Shown in pieces: positions 1 through 10,063 of a stretch of DNA of 61,292 nt. The notes below the pieces were generated by a model, which saw only the letters and a program-made list of their open reading frames with translations, searched no databases and was not told the origin of the DNA. A program made the translations under genes and the position numbers. Every line of letters starts with the position of its first letter. Positions within the stretch are counted from its first letter, which is position 1. The DNA is from an uncultured Bacillota bacterium (GTDB lineage: Bacteria; Bacillota_I; Bacilli_A; RF39; UBA660), in the NCBI GenBank assembly GCA_947168485.1, contig CAMVLZ010000005.1, positions 1 through 61,292 of the forward strand, in the 5' to 3' direction.

Positions 1-270
1 ATCTAATAAATTTAAACTAAAATCAGGAACAACCAAACTAGTAATAATAAATGCTTGATCAATATTACTAACTTTAGGTCTTTTAAAACTATTATGTCTT
101 TCCTCAATTTTTTCTATAATTAATTTTTTTTCATCAAAAAGAACATAATCACCCACTAATGGGAGAATATGTTCATGTCTCATAATACCTCTACACTTAC
201 AAGGATAAACTGAATCTTCAAATTTTACATAGTGTAAATCACTAACTATTTTAATAATTTGTCCTCTCAT
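1..270 (-). CDS. rsgA: Ribosome small-subunit biogenesis GTPase RsgA, N-terminal part (gene runs off the left edge)
   Basis: My translation from ATG at 270: MRGQIIKIVSDLHYVKFEDSVYPCKCRGIMRHEHILPLVGDYVLFDEKKL, an RsgA-type OB-fold N-terminus. It sits directly downstream of prkC, as in the B. subtilis prpC-prkC-cpgA arrangement. Confidence 0.8.
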   Translation of the reverse strand, partial: MRGQIIKIVSDLHYVKFEDSVYPCKCRGIMRHEHILPLVGDYVLFDEKKLIIEKIEERHNSFKRPKVSNIDQAFIITSLVVPDFSLNLLD

Positions 271-284
271 TTATCCTCCTATAA

Positions 285-2045
285 TTATTCCTCTTCGTCT
301 TCTGTTGGCGTTGGTGTAGGTGTTGGTGTAGGTGTAGCCTTAGGCTTAATTGCAATAGTTACAGTTAATGTAGAACCCTTAGTAATAGTACTACCAGCTC
401 TTAAACTTTGAGCAATAACTGTACCTTCATTAAATATAGTAGTTTCTTGATTCTTAACTTTAAAGTTTATTCCATACTTAACACAGAAAGCATCTGCTTC
501 ATCTTGAGTCCATTTTTCTTTAACCATATCAGGAACTATTTCTAATTGATTAGGTACATATAAAGTAATAGAATCTCCAGATTTTACTTTAGTACCTTTA
601 GGTAAACTTTGAGCAATTATCAAGTCAGAATCCTCTACTGCTTCACTAACATCTTTTTTCTCAATAGTAACTTTTAATCCATAAGAAATTTCTAATTTAG
701 TTTTAACTTCAGCATAATTCTTACCAGTATAATCTTCTAACTCAAATGTCTCTTCACCTTTAGATTTATAAATAGTAATCTTAGTACCATATTTAACACT
801 ACGTCCAGCTTCAGGATTAGTTTTAACTACTCTATCCTTTTTAATTTCACTAGAGTATTCTTTCTTAATAGTAGGATTAACTTCAAAACCTAATTTTTGT
901 AATTTCTTCTCACAAGTTTCTACTTTTAATCCTTCACAACTAGGTACTTCTACATTATCTTTCTTAGTTAATAAAGGAATTAATCCAAATACTATTACGA
1001 GTGCCAATATCGCAACTCCTAATATAGATGATAAAATTATAATTAATTTTTTATTTCTTTTTTCTTCTTTATCATCTTCTATTTTTTCAGCAATTTCAGA
1101 AGTATCTTCAATATCTTCATCTTCTTTTTTAGGTTCTTCTTTTGCTTTAGCTTCAGCTTTTTTCTTTTCGCTAGATTCATGTTCAGGATATTTGAACTTA
1201 ATCTTTTCTTCATTCATTCTACTCTCATCTAAAGCAGTTAATAAATCTTCATGCATCTCACGAGAATCTTCATATCTATTTTTAGGATTCTTAGCTGTCG
1301 CTCTAAGAATAATATTCTCTATACTTTGAGGTATCTCTGGATTATCTTCTCTAATACTAGGAAGAGGATCCCTCATTTGTTTAAGAGCTATCTCTACAGC
1401 ATTCTCTCCTTTAAAAGGTAATTTACCAGTTAATAATTCATAAAAGATAATACCCATAGAATAAATATCACTCTTAACAGTTGCTCCATTACCAGAAGCT
1501 TGTTCTGGTGGTAAATAATGAACTGAACCCATAACTGAATTAGTTTGAGTTAATTGAGTTGAATTAAGAGCCATCGCAATACCAAAATCAGTAATCTTAA
1601 TTTGTCCATCATCTTTAATCATGATATTTTGAGGTTTCAAATCTCTATGAATAATATATGAATCATGAGCATGACTCATACCATCAGTCAATTGAGACAT
1701 AATATCTAAAGTTTCAGATAAAGTAAGGCTTCCTCTCTTCTTTAATAATTGTTTTAAAGTTATACCATCAATAAACTCCATAACAATATAATAAAGTCCA
1801 TCATCTTCGCCTACATCATACATCTCAACAATATTAGGATGTGCTAGTGATGATGCTGATAAAGCTTCTCTTTGGAATCTTCTAACAAATTTTTCATCAT
1901 TAGATAAATCTCCTCTTAAAACCTTAATCGCTACATTTCTATCTAGAATAGTATCATATCCTAAATAGACATTAGCCATACCACCTTCACCAATAGATCT
2001 TATGACTTCATAACGATCATTAATTTTTTGCCCCTTTGCTATCAT
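285..2045 (-). CDS. prkC: Ser/Thr protein kinase with a transmembrane segment and three extracellular PASTA-like repeats (PrkC/PknB type); C-terminal (TP)n tail
   Basis: Kinase motifs GEGGMANVY, AIK, HRDLKPQN, DFGIA and a TM helix (LIIILSSILGVAILALVIVFGLI), followed by repeated PASTA-like units. Its ATG overlaps the stp stop (ATGA). Confidence 0.95.
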   Translation of the reverse strand: MIAKGQKINDRYEVIRSIGEGGMANVYLGYDTILDRNVAIKVLRGDLSNDEKFVRRFQREALSASSLAHPNIVEMYDVGEDDGLYYIVMEFIDGITLKQLLKKRGSLTLSETLDIMSQLTDGMSHAHDSYIIHRDLKPQNIMIKDDGQIKITDFGIAMALNSTQLTQTNSVMGSVHYLPPEQASGNGATVKSDIYSMGIIFYELLTGKLPFKGENAVEIALKQMRDPLPSIREDNPEIPQSIENIILRATAKNPKNRYEDSREMHEDLLTALDESRMNEEKIKFKYPEHESSEKKKAEAKAKEEPKKEDEDIEDTSEIAEKIEDDKEEKRNKKLIIILSSILGVAILALVIVFGLIPLLTKKDNVEVPSCEGLKVETCEKKLQKLGFEVNPTIKKEYSSEIKKDRVVKTNPEAGRSVKYGTKITIYKSKGEETFELEDYTGKNYAEVKTKLEISYGLKVTIEKKDVSEAVEDSDLIIAQSLPKGTKVKSGDSITLYVPNQLEIVPDMVKEKWTQDEADAFCVKYGINFKVKNQETTIFNEGTVIAQSLRAGSTITKGSTLTVTIAIKPKATPTPTPTPTPTEDEEE

Positions 2046-2785
2046 TTAGAAACCACTTCCTCACGAACTAAATACGCAACCGAAATGTTATCTGTTCCAC
2101 CCCTATTATTAGCTTTACTAATAAGTTTATTAACCTTTTCTTCAACACTATCATCTTTATCAAGCAATACTTTACATATTTGTTCTTTATCCAACATATT
2201 AGTTAAGCCATCACTAGACAATAATATCTCAGAAATATCCATATTACAATCAAATATATCTACATCAACTTTACTACTTGCACCCAAAGCTTTCATAAGT
2301 ACATTTTTCTTAGGATGATGAGTAGCCTCTTCTTTAGTCAATTCTCCAGCACTAACAAGTAAATTTACTAAAGTATGATCATAAGTAACTTTATGTAGTA
2401 CATCATCTTTCATAACAAAACCACTTGAATCTCCAACATTACCAAATAATAGATAATCTTTTGTTAATATAGCCATAACTAAAGTAGTACCCATTCCTTT
2501 ACTTTCAGGATTATTCTTTTCATGTTGAAAAATCAAATTATTAATCTCTTCAAAAGCAGCTCTTATCCATTTAACAGCTTCAACTTTACTCATATTAATA
2601 AAAGTTTCTTTAAAATGAGTTGCTAAATAATTAATCGCAATACTAGATGCAACTTCACCAGCACGATGACCTCCCATTCCATCAGCAATTGCCATTAATT
2701 GTACACCTTTGTTTTCAACAATAACTACACTATCTTCATTATGATCTCTAACTCTTCCTGCATCTGTTAAATAAAAGGATTTCAT
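2042..2785 (-). CDS. stp: PP2C-family Ser/Thr protein phosphatase
   Basis: Motifs RDHNEDS, ADGMGGH and GGTDNIS. Overlaps both rlmN and prkC through ATGA junctions. Confidence 0.95.
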   Translation of the reverse strand: MKSFYLTDAGRVRDHNEDSVVIVENKGVQLMAIADGMGGHRAGEVASSIAINYLATHFKETFINMSKVEAVKWIRAAFEEINNLIFQHEKNNPESKGMGTTLVMAILTKDYLLFGNVGDSSGFVMKDDVLHKVTYDHTLVNLLVSAGELTKEEATHHPKKNVLMKALGASSKVDVDIFDCNMDISEILLSSDGLTNMLDKEQICKVLLDKDDSVEEKVNKLISKANNRGGTDNISVAYLVREEVVSK

Positions 2786-3801
2786 ATCTCTTCCTCCTTA
2801 CTTCTAAGTTGTCCACAAGCAGCACTTATATTGCCACCAAATTCCCTCCTGATTGTCACATTAATTCCATTCTTCTTAAGTATATCATAAAATGTACTAA
2901 TTTGTCTCATTTTACTACGTTTAAATTGAATATTTTTAGTTTCATTATAAGGAATCAAATTAACATAGCAATTTCTTCCTCTTAGTAACTTACTAAGTTC
3001 AACTGCGCAAATCTCACTATCATTAATTCCATCTAACATAATATATTCAATAGTTAATCTTCTATTAGTTTTAGAATAATACTCATCTAAAGATTCCATT
3101 AATTCATCTAAAGGATAAACTATATTAATAGGCATTATCTTATTCCTAATAGAATCATTAGGTCCATGTAGACTAATAGCTAAATTAACTTGTAATTCTA
3201 AATTAGAAAATTCTTTTATTTTAGGAATAATACCACAAGTACTAACAGTAATATGTCTAGCTCCAATACTAAGTCCATAATTAGAATTAATTATTTTAAT
3301 AAACTCAATCAAATTATCATAATTATCAAAAGGTTCACCAATACCCATAACTACAACATGACTAATTCTTTGACCTAATTCTTCTTCTATTAATAATAAT
3401 TGTTCTACCATTTCATATGACTCTAAATTACGTACTTTTTTACGTCTTCCCGACTCACAAAAAGCACACCCCATATTACAACCAACTTGTGAAGAAACAC
3501 ATACACTCCTACCATAATCATGCATCATTAAAACAGCCTCTACATGTTCCCCATCATAAAGTTCAAATAAATATTTAGAAGTATCTTCACTCTTTTCAAC
3601 TTTAACTATCTTAATCATATCCATACTAAAATCAGATTTAATTTTTTCTATAACATTCTTCTTTAAATCAGTTATCTCATCAAAAGAATTAATTCTCTTA
3701 TCATATAACCATCTAAATATCTGTTTAGCATGAAATTTCTTCTCTCCAATTCCTTCTAAATATAATTCTAAATTTTCTAAACTAATTCCATATATATTCA
3801 T
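2782..3801 (-). CDS. rlmN: 23S rRNA/tRNA (adenine-C2)-methyltransferase, radical SAM
   Basis: Radical-SAM cluster motif GCNMGCAFCESG, plus GIGEP and a C-terminal CGQL motif. Sits in the canonical position upstream of stp. Confidence 0.95.
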   Translation of the reverse strand: MNIYGISLENLELYLEGIGEKKFHAKQIFRWLYDKRINSFDEITDLKKNVIEKIKSDFSMDMIKIVKVEKSEDTSKYLFELYDGEHVEAVLMMHDYGRSVCVSSQVGCNMGCAFCESGRRKKVRNLESYEMVEQLLLIEEELGQRISHVVVMGIGEPFDNYDNLIEFIKIINSNYGLSIGARHITVSTCGIIPKIKEFSNLELQVNLAISLHGPNDSIRNKIMPINIVYPLDELMESLDEYYSKTNRRLTIEYIMLDGINDSEICAVELSKLLRGRNCYVNLIPYNETKNIQFKRSKMRQISTFYDILKKNGINVTIRREFGGNISAACGQLRSKEEEI

Positions 3802-3823
3802 AATATAATTATATCACTACAAA

Positions 3824-3846
3824 GTAAAAACTAGCAATTGCTAGTT
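3824..3846 (-). terminator. Putative rho-independent terminator or attenuator between the hypothetical gene and rlmN
   Basis: Palindrome AACTAGCAATTGCTAGTT followed by a T-run on the minus strand. It overlaps the stop codon at 3845. Confidence 0.45.
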
Positions 3847-4573
3847 AATTATTTAAAGGATTATCTATTCTAGTAGAATCTCCTATATTACTATAAGTTA
3901 ATTCAATATTTAAATTCTTTTTACATAACTTCATAATCTTACAATAATTAGTTAAATCATAACTAATACTACTTAATACTTCTTTATCAGATATAACACT
4001 AATAGTACAAGGATTATCACTAAAATCAGTAACCTTATCATCAATTATTTTATTAATATTATTAACACTAAGTAATAAAGATAATTCACTTCTACCATCT
4101 CTATAATCAGTTTTATGATCTAAAGTAGCTTCATCTAATAATTTATTTATATATCCAAGATTATAAAACTTATAAAATTTACTACACTCATCACTTTCAA
4201 TCCACTTCAAGTTATCATATCTATATAAATCATCTTGGTTTCGATAATATTTACTAGTTATATTATTGTATCTACAATTAAATTCTTCACTAGATTCATT
4301 AATCCTACCATTAATAGTAGTAATTATACCATCATGATTAATAGTATATTTATATTTATATTTCATTTGATATAAATCACTAATATCAACACCATTATTC
4401 TTACTGTTTGCATTCCTAATATCATCTAATTGTTTAGTTAAAGGATAATGAGTAGAAGTATGAGCTACAATCATTAAAATAAGTAATAGAAAAGCAAAAG
4501 CTACAAAAAACCAAATAGCTTTTCCTTTATCTTCTTTAGTAGTTTTCTTAAAAAAATCTATTAATTCTTTCAC
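3845..4573 (-). CDS. Hypothetical N-terminally membrane-anchored protein
   Basis: Long ORF with one N-terminal TM (AIWFFVAFAFLLLILMIVA). GTG start overlaps the fmt stop (GTGA). No recognisable motif. Confidence 0.55.
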   Translation of the reverse strand: MKELIDFFKKTTKEDKGKAIWFFVAFAFLLLILMIVAHTSTHYPLTKQLDDIRNANSKNNGVDISDLYQMKYKYKYTINHDGIITTINGRINESSEEFNCRYNNITSKYYRNQDDLYRYDNLKWIESDECSKFYKFYNLGYINKLLDEATLDHKTDYRDGRSELSLLLSVNNINKIIDDKVTDFSDNPCTISVISDKEVLSSISYDLTNYCKIMKLCKKNLNIELTYSNIGDSTRIDNPLNN

Positions 4574-5493
4574 TCTAATTCCTTCCCAATTAACTCTTCT
4601 TTATTAATACCATTTAAGTAAGAAGAAACATCCATTTTCTTTTTACCAAAAGGTTGAATTTCTTCTATAATAATTTCTCCATCTTTACAAGATATACCAA
4701 TACCATTTTTATATATCTTATTAATTACTCCAATATTATCATATTTATTATCACCTATTCTAGATTTAAATACTTTAGTCCTATTACCATCCATAATAAA
4801 ATAAGCACCAATCATAGGAGATAATCCTCTAATTAAATTAAATATATCACGAGCACTATTATTAAAATCAATTTTCTCTTCTTCACTCTTAATATTATAT
4901 GCATAAGTAACTAAAGATTCATCTTGTTTAATACTATCATTAGTACCATCAATAATACTAGGTAATGTCTTAAGTAATAAATCTCTTCCTAAAACACTAA
5001 GTTTATTAGATACTGTTTCTAAATTATCATCCTCTTCTATTTTAATACTCTCTTGAGAAATAATATTTCCAGTATCCATACCCTTATCCATATACATAAT
5101 AGTAATACCAGTTTCACTATCACCATTAATAATAGATCTATGAATAGGTGCTCCTCCTCTATATTTAGGAAGTAAAGATGCATGTACATTAATACATCCA
5201 TACTTAGGATAATCTAATATCTCTTCAGGTATTATTTGTCCATATGCACAAGTAACAATCAAATCAGGTTTTAATTCTAAAACAGATTCATATTCTTTTC
5301 TTATACTTATAGGTTGAATAACTTGAATATTATTATTAATACCAATCTCCTTAACAGGTGTATGAGTTAAAATTCTTTTTCTACCTACTTCCTTATCAGG
5401 TTGACTAACTATACCAACAACATCATAATTCTCAATTAAACCACTAAGTACATTACAAGCAAACTCAGGAGTTCCCATAAATACAACTCTCAT
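4570..5493 (-). CDS. fmt: Methionyl-tRNA formyltransferase
   Basis: MRVVFMGTPEFA N-terminus, HASLLPKYRGGAPI motif, typical length of 307 aa. Confidence 0.95.
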   Translation of the reverse strand: MRVVFMGTPEFACNVLSGLIENYDVVGIVSQPDKEVGRKRILTHTPVKEIGINNNIQVIQPISIRKEYESVLELKPDLIVTCAYGQIIPEEILDYPKYGCINVHASLLPKYRGGAPIHRSIINGDSETGITIMYMDKGMDTGNIISQESIKIEEDDNLETVSNKLSVLGRDLLLKTLPSIIDGTNDSIKQDESLVTYAYNIKSEEEKIDFNNSARDIFNLIRGLSPMIGAYFIMDGNRTKVFKSRIGDNKYDNIGVINKIYKNGIGISCKDGEIIIEEIQPFGKKKMDVSSYLNGINKEELIGKELE

Positions 5494-5502
5494 AACAACA
5501 CC

Positions 5503-6570
5503 TCACAAAAACAAAATCAACGTTACAACAACCCCTAAAGTCATAAGAATAGATCCAATAATAATAATTGTTGAAACTACCCCATCACTATTAATAGATA
5601 ACTCATCCTTAGATTTATCTTTAGACTCAATTTTATTCTCTATAGTTAAAAACTCTATATCAGAAGAATCTATATCATTTTTACAAATAACATTATTATA
5701 ATTATTATTAATTAACCTATCCATAATAATATAATAATCTTCACTCTTGAATTCATCTATTAACTTATTTAAATCTAACTTATCATCTAATATTTTATCT
5801 CTCTTAACTAATATAAAACTACTATTAACAGAATTATCATTATTTAATAATTTCCATTCTCTATTAAAAATATCTATCAACTTAGTACTATCTTCAGAAG
5901 AGATATTTAATGTCTTAATAACTTTATTAATATTATTCAAACAACTATTATAATCCTTCATAAGATAACTATCTTTATCTTTAATATGTTCATCACCACA
6001 AATTAATTCATAAAAGTACATAGGACTTCTCAATGAATAAAAATAAGCTAATTCCATACTATCAGTAAAAACAACTTCATCTAAACTAAAATCTTTACTA
6101 ATATAATTATCTTTATACTTATTAAGTATCTCTTTTAATACAATAAAATCATTATATAAATTAGTATACTTATTAATTTTAAATCCATTATTCTTAATAC
6201 TCTCTGTATATACAGAACTATATGCATGTATAAAATAACCATTCTCTATATATTTATAATAAATGTATCTAATAAATTCTTCTTTATCTCTAATATTTAC
6301 TTTATTAACTAAAATCTTACTAAGTAATTTAGTAATACCATCTTTAATACTATATTCTTTTTCTACTCTTCTAAATAATAAATCTAATTCTACTAAATAA
6401 TTATCATAATACTCAATATTATCAATAATTAAACTATATTTATAAACCGCATCATAAAACATTCCAATTAACTCATAATTAGAATATTCTCTATCTTTAT
6501 ATATCTCATAAGTATATAAATTATTAATAAACTCTATAGTATTATCTTTTTGAAGTAACTCTTTAAACAT
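5503..6570 (-). CDS. Hypothetical protein with a C-terminal TM anchor
   Basis: 355-aa ORF with a C-terminal hydrophobic tail (VVSTIIIIGSILMTLGVVVTLILFL). Its start overlaps the upstream stop (TAATG). Occupies the slot where def usually sits. Confidence 0.55.
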   Translation of the reverse strand: MFKELLQKDNTIEFINNLYTYEIYKDREYSNYELIGMFYDAVYKYSLIIDNIEYYDNYLVELDLLFRRVEKEYSIKDGITKLLSKILVNKVNIRDKEEFIRYIYYKYIENGYFIHAYSSVYTESIKNNGFKINKYTNLYNDFIVLKEILNKYKDNYISKDFSLDEVVFTDSMELAYFYSLRSPMYFYELICGDEHIKDKDSYLMKDYNSCLNNINKVIKTLNISSEDSTKLIDIFNREWKLLNNDNSVNSSFILVKRDKILDDKLDLNKLIDEFKSEDYYIIMDRLINNNYNNVICKNDIDSSDIEFLTIENKIESKDKSKDELSINSDGVVSTIIIIGSILMTLGVVVTLILFL

Positions 6571-6821
6571 TATCCAGTACCTCTCATAATAATAAATATA
6601 GTTCCTACAATAATAAATATTCCAAGTACTAATAAAATAATTTTTATAACAGGATTATTCTTATCATAATAATCACTTTTTCTAGAACCAGATTCACTCA
6701 TAAGTTTTTTATAATATTCAGAATTCTTTCTATTAACTTCAAGTTCTTCCCCAGTACTATCAAAAACTACATCTTCTTTTTCACTATTATAATTAGATCC
6801 TTTATTATCAAAAAATTGCAT
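6570..6821 (-). CDS. Small hypothetical membrane protein
   Basis: Start moved to MQFFDNK (ATG at 6821), which is preceded by AGAGGTG. C-terminal TM helix. Confidence 0.45.
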   Translation of the reverse strand: MQFFDNKGSNYNSEKEDVVFDSTGEELEVNRKNSEYYKKLMSESGSRKSDYYDKNNPVIKIILLVLGIFIIVGTIFIIMRGTG

Positions 6822-6872
6822 AATAACACCTCTATTCTTCAATATAAAGATAACATATTTTATTATTTTTTT

Positions 6873-9038
6873 CTATAAGATATGTAAAGGATTAAAATCA
6901 ATGTCAATCTTAATATCATTATTATTTTTATAATGATCAGATATTTTTATTAATATAGCTTTAATCTCATCTATAGATTTATATTTAATAATAATAGAAT
7001 ATCTATATATATTATTAATCTTATATAAAATAGATGGACTAGGTCCCAATATAATAGAATTAATATTTCTATCTAAACTTCTCTTAATTTTATTAGCTTC
7101 ATTATTAACAGTATTATTATTTTTACCACTAATTCTAATATAACAAAGATAATAATATGGAGGATACTTAAGTACTTTTCTAATATTCATTTCTTCATTA
7201 TAAAATGATAAATAATCATTATTTGATGCATACTTAATCGCATAATGATCTTTATTAAATGTTTGAATATAAACAACACCAGGTTTTTCTGAACGACCTG
7301 CTCTACCACTAACTTGGTTTAATAATGAAAATGTATTAAATGAAGAATTATAATCAGGAATATTTAATGAAGTATCAGCATTTATAACACCAACTAATGT
7401 AACAAGAGGAAAATCAAGTCCTTTAGAAACCATCTGAGTACCAAGTAATATATCATATTCATGATTCTTAAAAGTAGTAATCATCTTCTCATGAGATCCT
7501 TTTCTACTAGTAGTATCATAATCCATTCTTAAAACTCTCGCATCTACTAAAGATTTTAATTCTTCTTCAATTCTTTGAGTACCAACACCTAAATCATTAA
7601 TAGATTTTTCATGACATTCAGGACACACAATAGGTTTAGAATCTCCATATCCACAATAATGACATCTCATAGTATTACTACTCTTATGATAAGTTAAACT
7701 AATATCACAATTAGGACATTTAAAAGTATATCCACAATTCTTACAAGTAACAAAAGAAGCATATCCTCTTCTATTTAGAAGAAGGATTACTTGTTCATCT
7801 AAATTAATTTTTTCTTTTATAGCTTCAACCAATTCATTAGAAAAATGACCCTTAGTTCTTCTAATCTCTTTATTCATATCAATTATCTTAACTAGAGGTA
7901 ATTCTCTTCCATTAACTCTTTCCATTAAACTAAGTAAATGAAATACTCCTTTTTTTGCTCTAGCCATTGCTTCAAGTGAAGGTGTAGCTGAACCAAATAC
8001 TACTTTACAATTATGCATCTTACCCCTAATAACAGCTATCTCTTTCGCATTATATCTAGGATTAGATTCACTCTGTTTATAAGAATCAGAATGTTCTTCA
8101 TCAACAATAATAATACCTATATTATTAAGAGGAGCAAATACAGCACTTCTAGCACCAATCACAATAGAAGCTTCACCATTAGCTATTCTTCTATATTCAT
8201 CATATTTTTCTCCATCAGATAACGCAGAATGAAGAGCAGCTATTCTATTACCAAAACGAGCTACAAATCTACTGATAAGTTGAGTAGTTAAACTAATTTC
8301 AGGAACTAATAATAAAGCAGTTTTCCCCATCTCTAAATAATGATTAATTAATTCCATATATATTTCAGTTTTACCACTACCAGTAACACCATATATTAAT
8401 GAAGGTTTTATATCATCATAATTAATAATCTCTTCATATATTTCATTTTGTTTAGTAGTTAATTTATGAACAATATTCTCACTAATATCATATTTTAATC
8501 TATAGTGTTCTCTTTTCTCTTCTATTAAAATATTCTTATTTAATAAAGTATTCAAACTACTAATACTAATCTTTTTTAACTCATCTTTAATAATAAACTT
8601 ATCTTTACACATTTCTATTATTAATTTTTGTTTATCATTAAATTTATAAGTACTAAGATCAATATCATTAACTTTATAATAATAATCATATTTCTTATTT
8701 ATTTGAGTACCACTATGAGCCTTCAAAGCTTTAGGTAACATCACTTGATAGCAACTAATCAAAGTAGCTAAAGTTTTATCTTTAACAATCTTTCCTAATT
8801 CTAATAATTCATCAGTTAATATAATATCTTTATCAATAATATTACTTATATCTTTTAAATCACTTAATTCACTATCATTCTTAAGAGACAATACAAATCC
8901 ATTAACAACTCTTCTTCCAAAAGGAACTTCTACTCTAATACCAACTTTTATATCATTAATAAAAGCACTTGGTACATTATAATCAAAAGTCTTATCAACA
9001 TTACTATTACTAACTTCAACTAAAACTTCTGCTACCAT
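6873..9038 (-). CDS. priA: Primosomal protein N' (replication restart helicase)
   Basis: Walker A GVTGSGKT, DEEH box, and a Cys-rich zinc insertion (CKNCGY..CPNCD..CHYCGY..CPEC). Start set at MVAEVLVEV, preceded by GGAGGG. Confidence 0.95.
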   Translation of the reverse strand: MVAEVLVEVSNSNVDKTFDYNVPSAFINDIKVGIRVEVPFGRRVVNGFVLSLKNDSELSDLKDISNIIDKDIILTDELLELGKIVKDKTLATLISCYQVMLPKALKAHSGTQINKKYDYYYKVNDIDLSTYKFNDKQKLIIEMCKDKFIIKDELKKISISSLNTLLNKNILIEEKREHYRLKYDISENIVHKLTTKQNEIYEEIINYDDIKPSLIYGVTGSGKTEIYMELINHYLEMGKTALLLVPEISLTTQLISRFVARFGNRIAALHSALSDGEKYDEYRRIANGEASIVIGARSAVFAPLNNIGIIIVDEEHSDSYKQSESNPRYNAKEIAVIRGKMHNCKVVFGSATPSLEAMARAKKGVFHLLSLMERVNGRELPLVKIIDMNKEIRRTKGHFSNELVEAIKEKINLDEQVILLLNRRGYASFVTCKNCGYTFKCPNCDISLTYHKSSNTMRCHYCGYGDSKPIVCPECHEKSINDLGVGTQRIEEELKSLVDARVLRMDYDTTSRKGSHEKMITTFKNHEYDILLGTQMVSKGLDFPLVTLVGVINADTSLNIPDYNSSFNTFSLLNQVSGRAGRSEKPGVVYIQTFNKDHYAIKYASNNDYLSFYNEEMNIRKVLKYPPYYYLCYIRISGKNNNTVNNEANKIKRSLDRNINSIILGPSPSILYKINNIYRYSIIIKYKSIDEIKAILIKISDHYKNNNDIKIDIDFNPLHIL

Positions 9039-9088
9039 AAGAACCCTCCATATAAAAAAGATGTATATATACATCTTATTATAACAAA

Positions 9089-10063
9089 TTATCTATTAGT
9101 AACACCAATTAATTTTGCATGAACTACTTTTCTACCTTTATTATCATCAGTACAAGTAGATAAAGTAATAATTTTATCACTACCACTAACAGAAACATTA
9201 TATTTATGTTTACTCTTCTTTTTTAATTTCTTAACAAAAGTATCAAATTCACTATCATCACTAAAAGATACTTGTAAATAATCTACTACAGGAGCACTAT
9301 AATAATTAGAAAATACTTCATAAATATATTTTTCATTATCTTTCAAAATAATAATCTTATGATTACTATTCTTATACCAATTATTAGAAAATATTCTTGC
9401 TATAGTACCAAAAGAAGTACCATTAAGTAAATTATGTCCATAGAATATAGTATTCTTATCTTGTAAAACATTATTTCTATAATCCATAAATACCCATCCA
9501 TTCTTATTATAAGATTTATTAAATGAATGAGATAAATAATAATCATTATCACTACTCTTAACTACAGGATAATTAATATTAGTACCGTCAACAGCAATCC
9601 AAGCAACTGTATTAGAATTAATATTTCTTAATTCATTAAAATTAACATCACTTAGTTTAGTTGATCCAAACTTATAAAAAGAATAATTACCAAGTACTTT
9701 ATCATACTTATCTTCTTTTTTAATCCTATCAGTTTTTTGTTTTTTATCAGTTTTATCATCTACTTTTTCTTCTTTCTCAATAGAAGTAGTATCCTCATCT
9801 AACTTAACAGTCTCTTGAGGAGAATAAACTATTCCAAATATAGTAGTAAAAGCAAATAAATAAATAATAATTAAAAATAATGTTTCAGGTTTACCCTTCT
9901 TATATAAATTATCTATAACATGATCAAACTTATTTCTAAATATTTTATTAAAAATTTTCATAATAAAAATACTAATACTATAAAACCCTTTACTTATAGT
10001 ATTAATTAAAAATAAAAAACCATTCATAGTTGTCTCAAATAAATAAGAAAAAAAGTTTTTCAT
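9089..10063 (-). CDS. srtB: Class B sortase with an extended N-terminal membrane/linker region
   Basis: NTVAWIAVDGTNINYPVV, FMDYRN, IFYGHN (His), ITLSTCT (Cys), and Arg 8 residues after the Cys (NKGRKV). Resembles clostridial and staphylococcal SrtB. Confidence 0.85.
   Translation of the reverse strand: MKNFFSYLFETTMNGFLFLINTISKGFYSISIFIMKIFNKIFRNKFDHVIDNLYKKGKPETLFLIIIYLFAFTTIFGIVYSPQETVKLDEDTTSIEKEEKVDDKTDKKQKTDRIKKEDKYDKVLGNYSFYKFGSTKLSDVNFNELRNINSNTVAWIAVDGTNINYPVVKSSDNDYYLSHSFNKSYNKNGWVFMDYRNNVLQDKNTIFYGHNLLNGTSFGTIARIFSNNWYKNSNHKIIILKDNEKYIYEVFSNYYSAPVVDYLQVSFSDDSEFDTFVKKLKKKSKHKYNVSVSGSDKIITLSTCTDDNKGRKVVHAKLIGVTNR

Noticed and set aside
2028-2318. Plus-strand ORFs antisense to conserved minus-strand genes. 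They are 2028..2318, 5747..5953, 8013..8222, 10157..10540, 12086..12277, 15983..16168, 22242..22574, 23437..23697, 25934..26173, 29646..29849, 38627..38872, 39613..39867, 41333..41587 and 43590..43784.
   Set aside because: - Each lies entirely within a well-supported gene on the opposite strand.
- Their translations are low-complexity Ile/Leu/Ser/Phe strings, typical of the antisense frame of AT-rich coding DNA.
- None has a convincing Shine-Dalgarno sequence.
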